Of a stretch of 64,000 bases of DNA, positions 63,845-64,000 are shown one piece after another. This DNA comes from Octopus sinensis. Lineage: Eukaryota. Every line of letters starts with the position of its first letter. Within the stretch, counting starts at the first letter, position 1. The stretch covers positions 95,418,001-95,482,000 of the forward strand of contig NC_042997.1 in the NCBI RefSeq assembly GCF_006345805.1, in the 5' to 3' direction. Under the pieces are notes generated by a model. It saw only the letters and a list, made by a program, of their open reading frames with translations, searched no databases and was not told where the DNA came from. A program made the translations under genes and the position numbers.

Positions 63845-64000
63845 TTAAAAAGCCATCAACGGTGGTAATTCGTCGAATTGAACCCGCAATGGTGTTTTCT
63901 CCGTCCCATCTCCGAACATCTCTTTCAGTCCGGCTGCCCCTTCATCATCCAAAAATACAGTTTTCATGCTTCTATTCACCCCTCCATCTGCCAGTTTCCC
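63845..64000 (-). CDS. 3' end of a probable host protein-coding exon entering from the right edge
   Basis: Open frame GKLADGGVNRSMKTVFLDDEGAAGLKEMFGDGTEKTPLRVQFDELPPLMAF*. GC-rich, followed by an AT-rich UTR-like region with AATAAA at 63781-63786 (minus). Confidence 0.55.
   Translation of the reverse strand, partial: GKLADGGVNRSMKTVFLDDEGAAGLKEMFGDGTEKTPLRVQFDELPPLMAF

Overview
AT-rich, microsatellite-dense metazoan genomic DNA. The SINE/LINE repertoire is most consistent with an Octopus (coleoid cephalopod) genome; this is an inference from recalled repeat families. Most of the window is transposon-derived. It holds one near-intact R4/Dong-type RLE LINE (6.3-10.3 kb, a single nonsense codon) plus three decayed relatives, and an open but 5'-truncated CR1-type RT. 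It also holds mariner, pogo, Helitron, Penelope-like and L1/Tx1 remnants, tRNA-derived SINEs and several foldback MITEs. Three observations stand out. (1) A near-perfect 396-bp tandem array (45.87-47.13 kb) carries a complete type I hammerhead ribozyme fold in each of its three full units, making it a candidate retrozyme that could give a ~396-nt circular RNA. (2) Two clearly paralogous, uninterrupted ORFs (41772-42569 and 62576-63187, both minus strand) encode a type I membrane glycoprotein family I do not recognise, with conserved KR-S dibasic sites. (3) Two related long-TIR elements contain telomeric TTAGGG repeats; one has an 8-bp TSD and they are Merlin-like. The 3' end of a probable host CDS enters at the right edge of the window.
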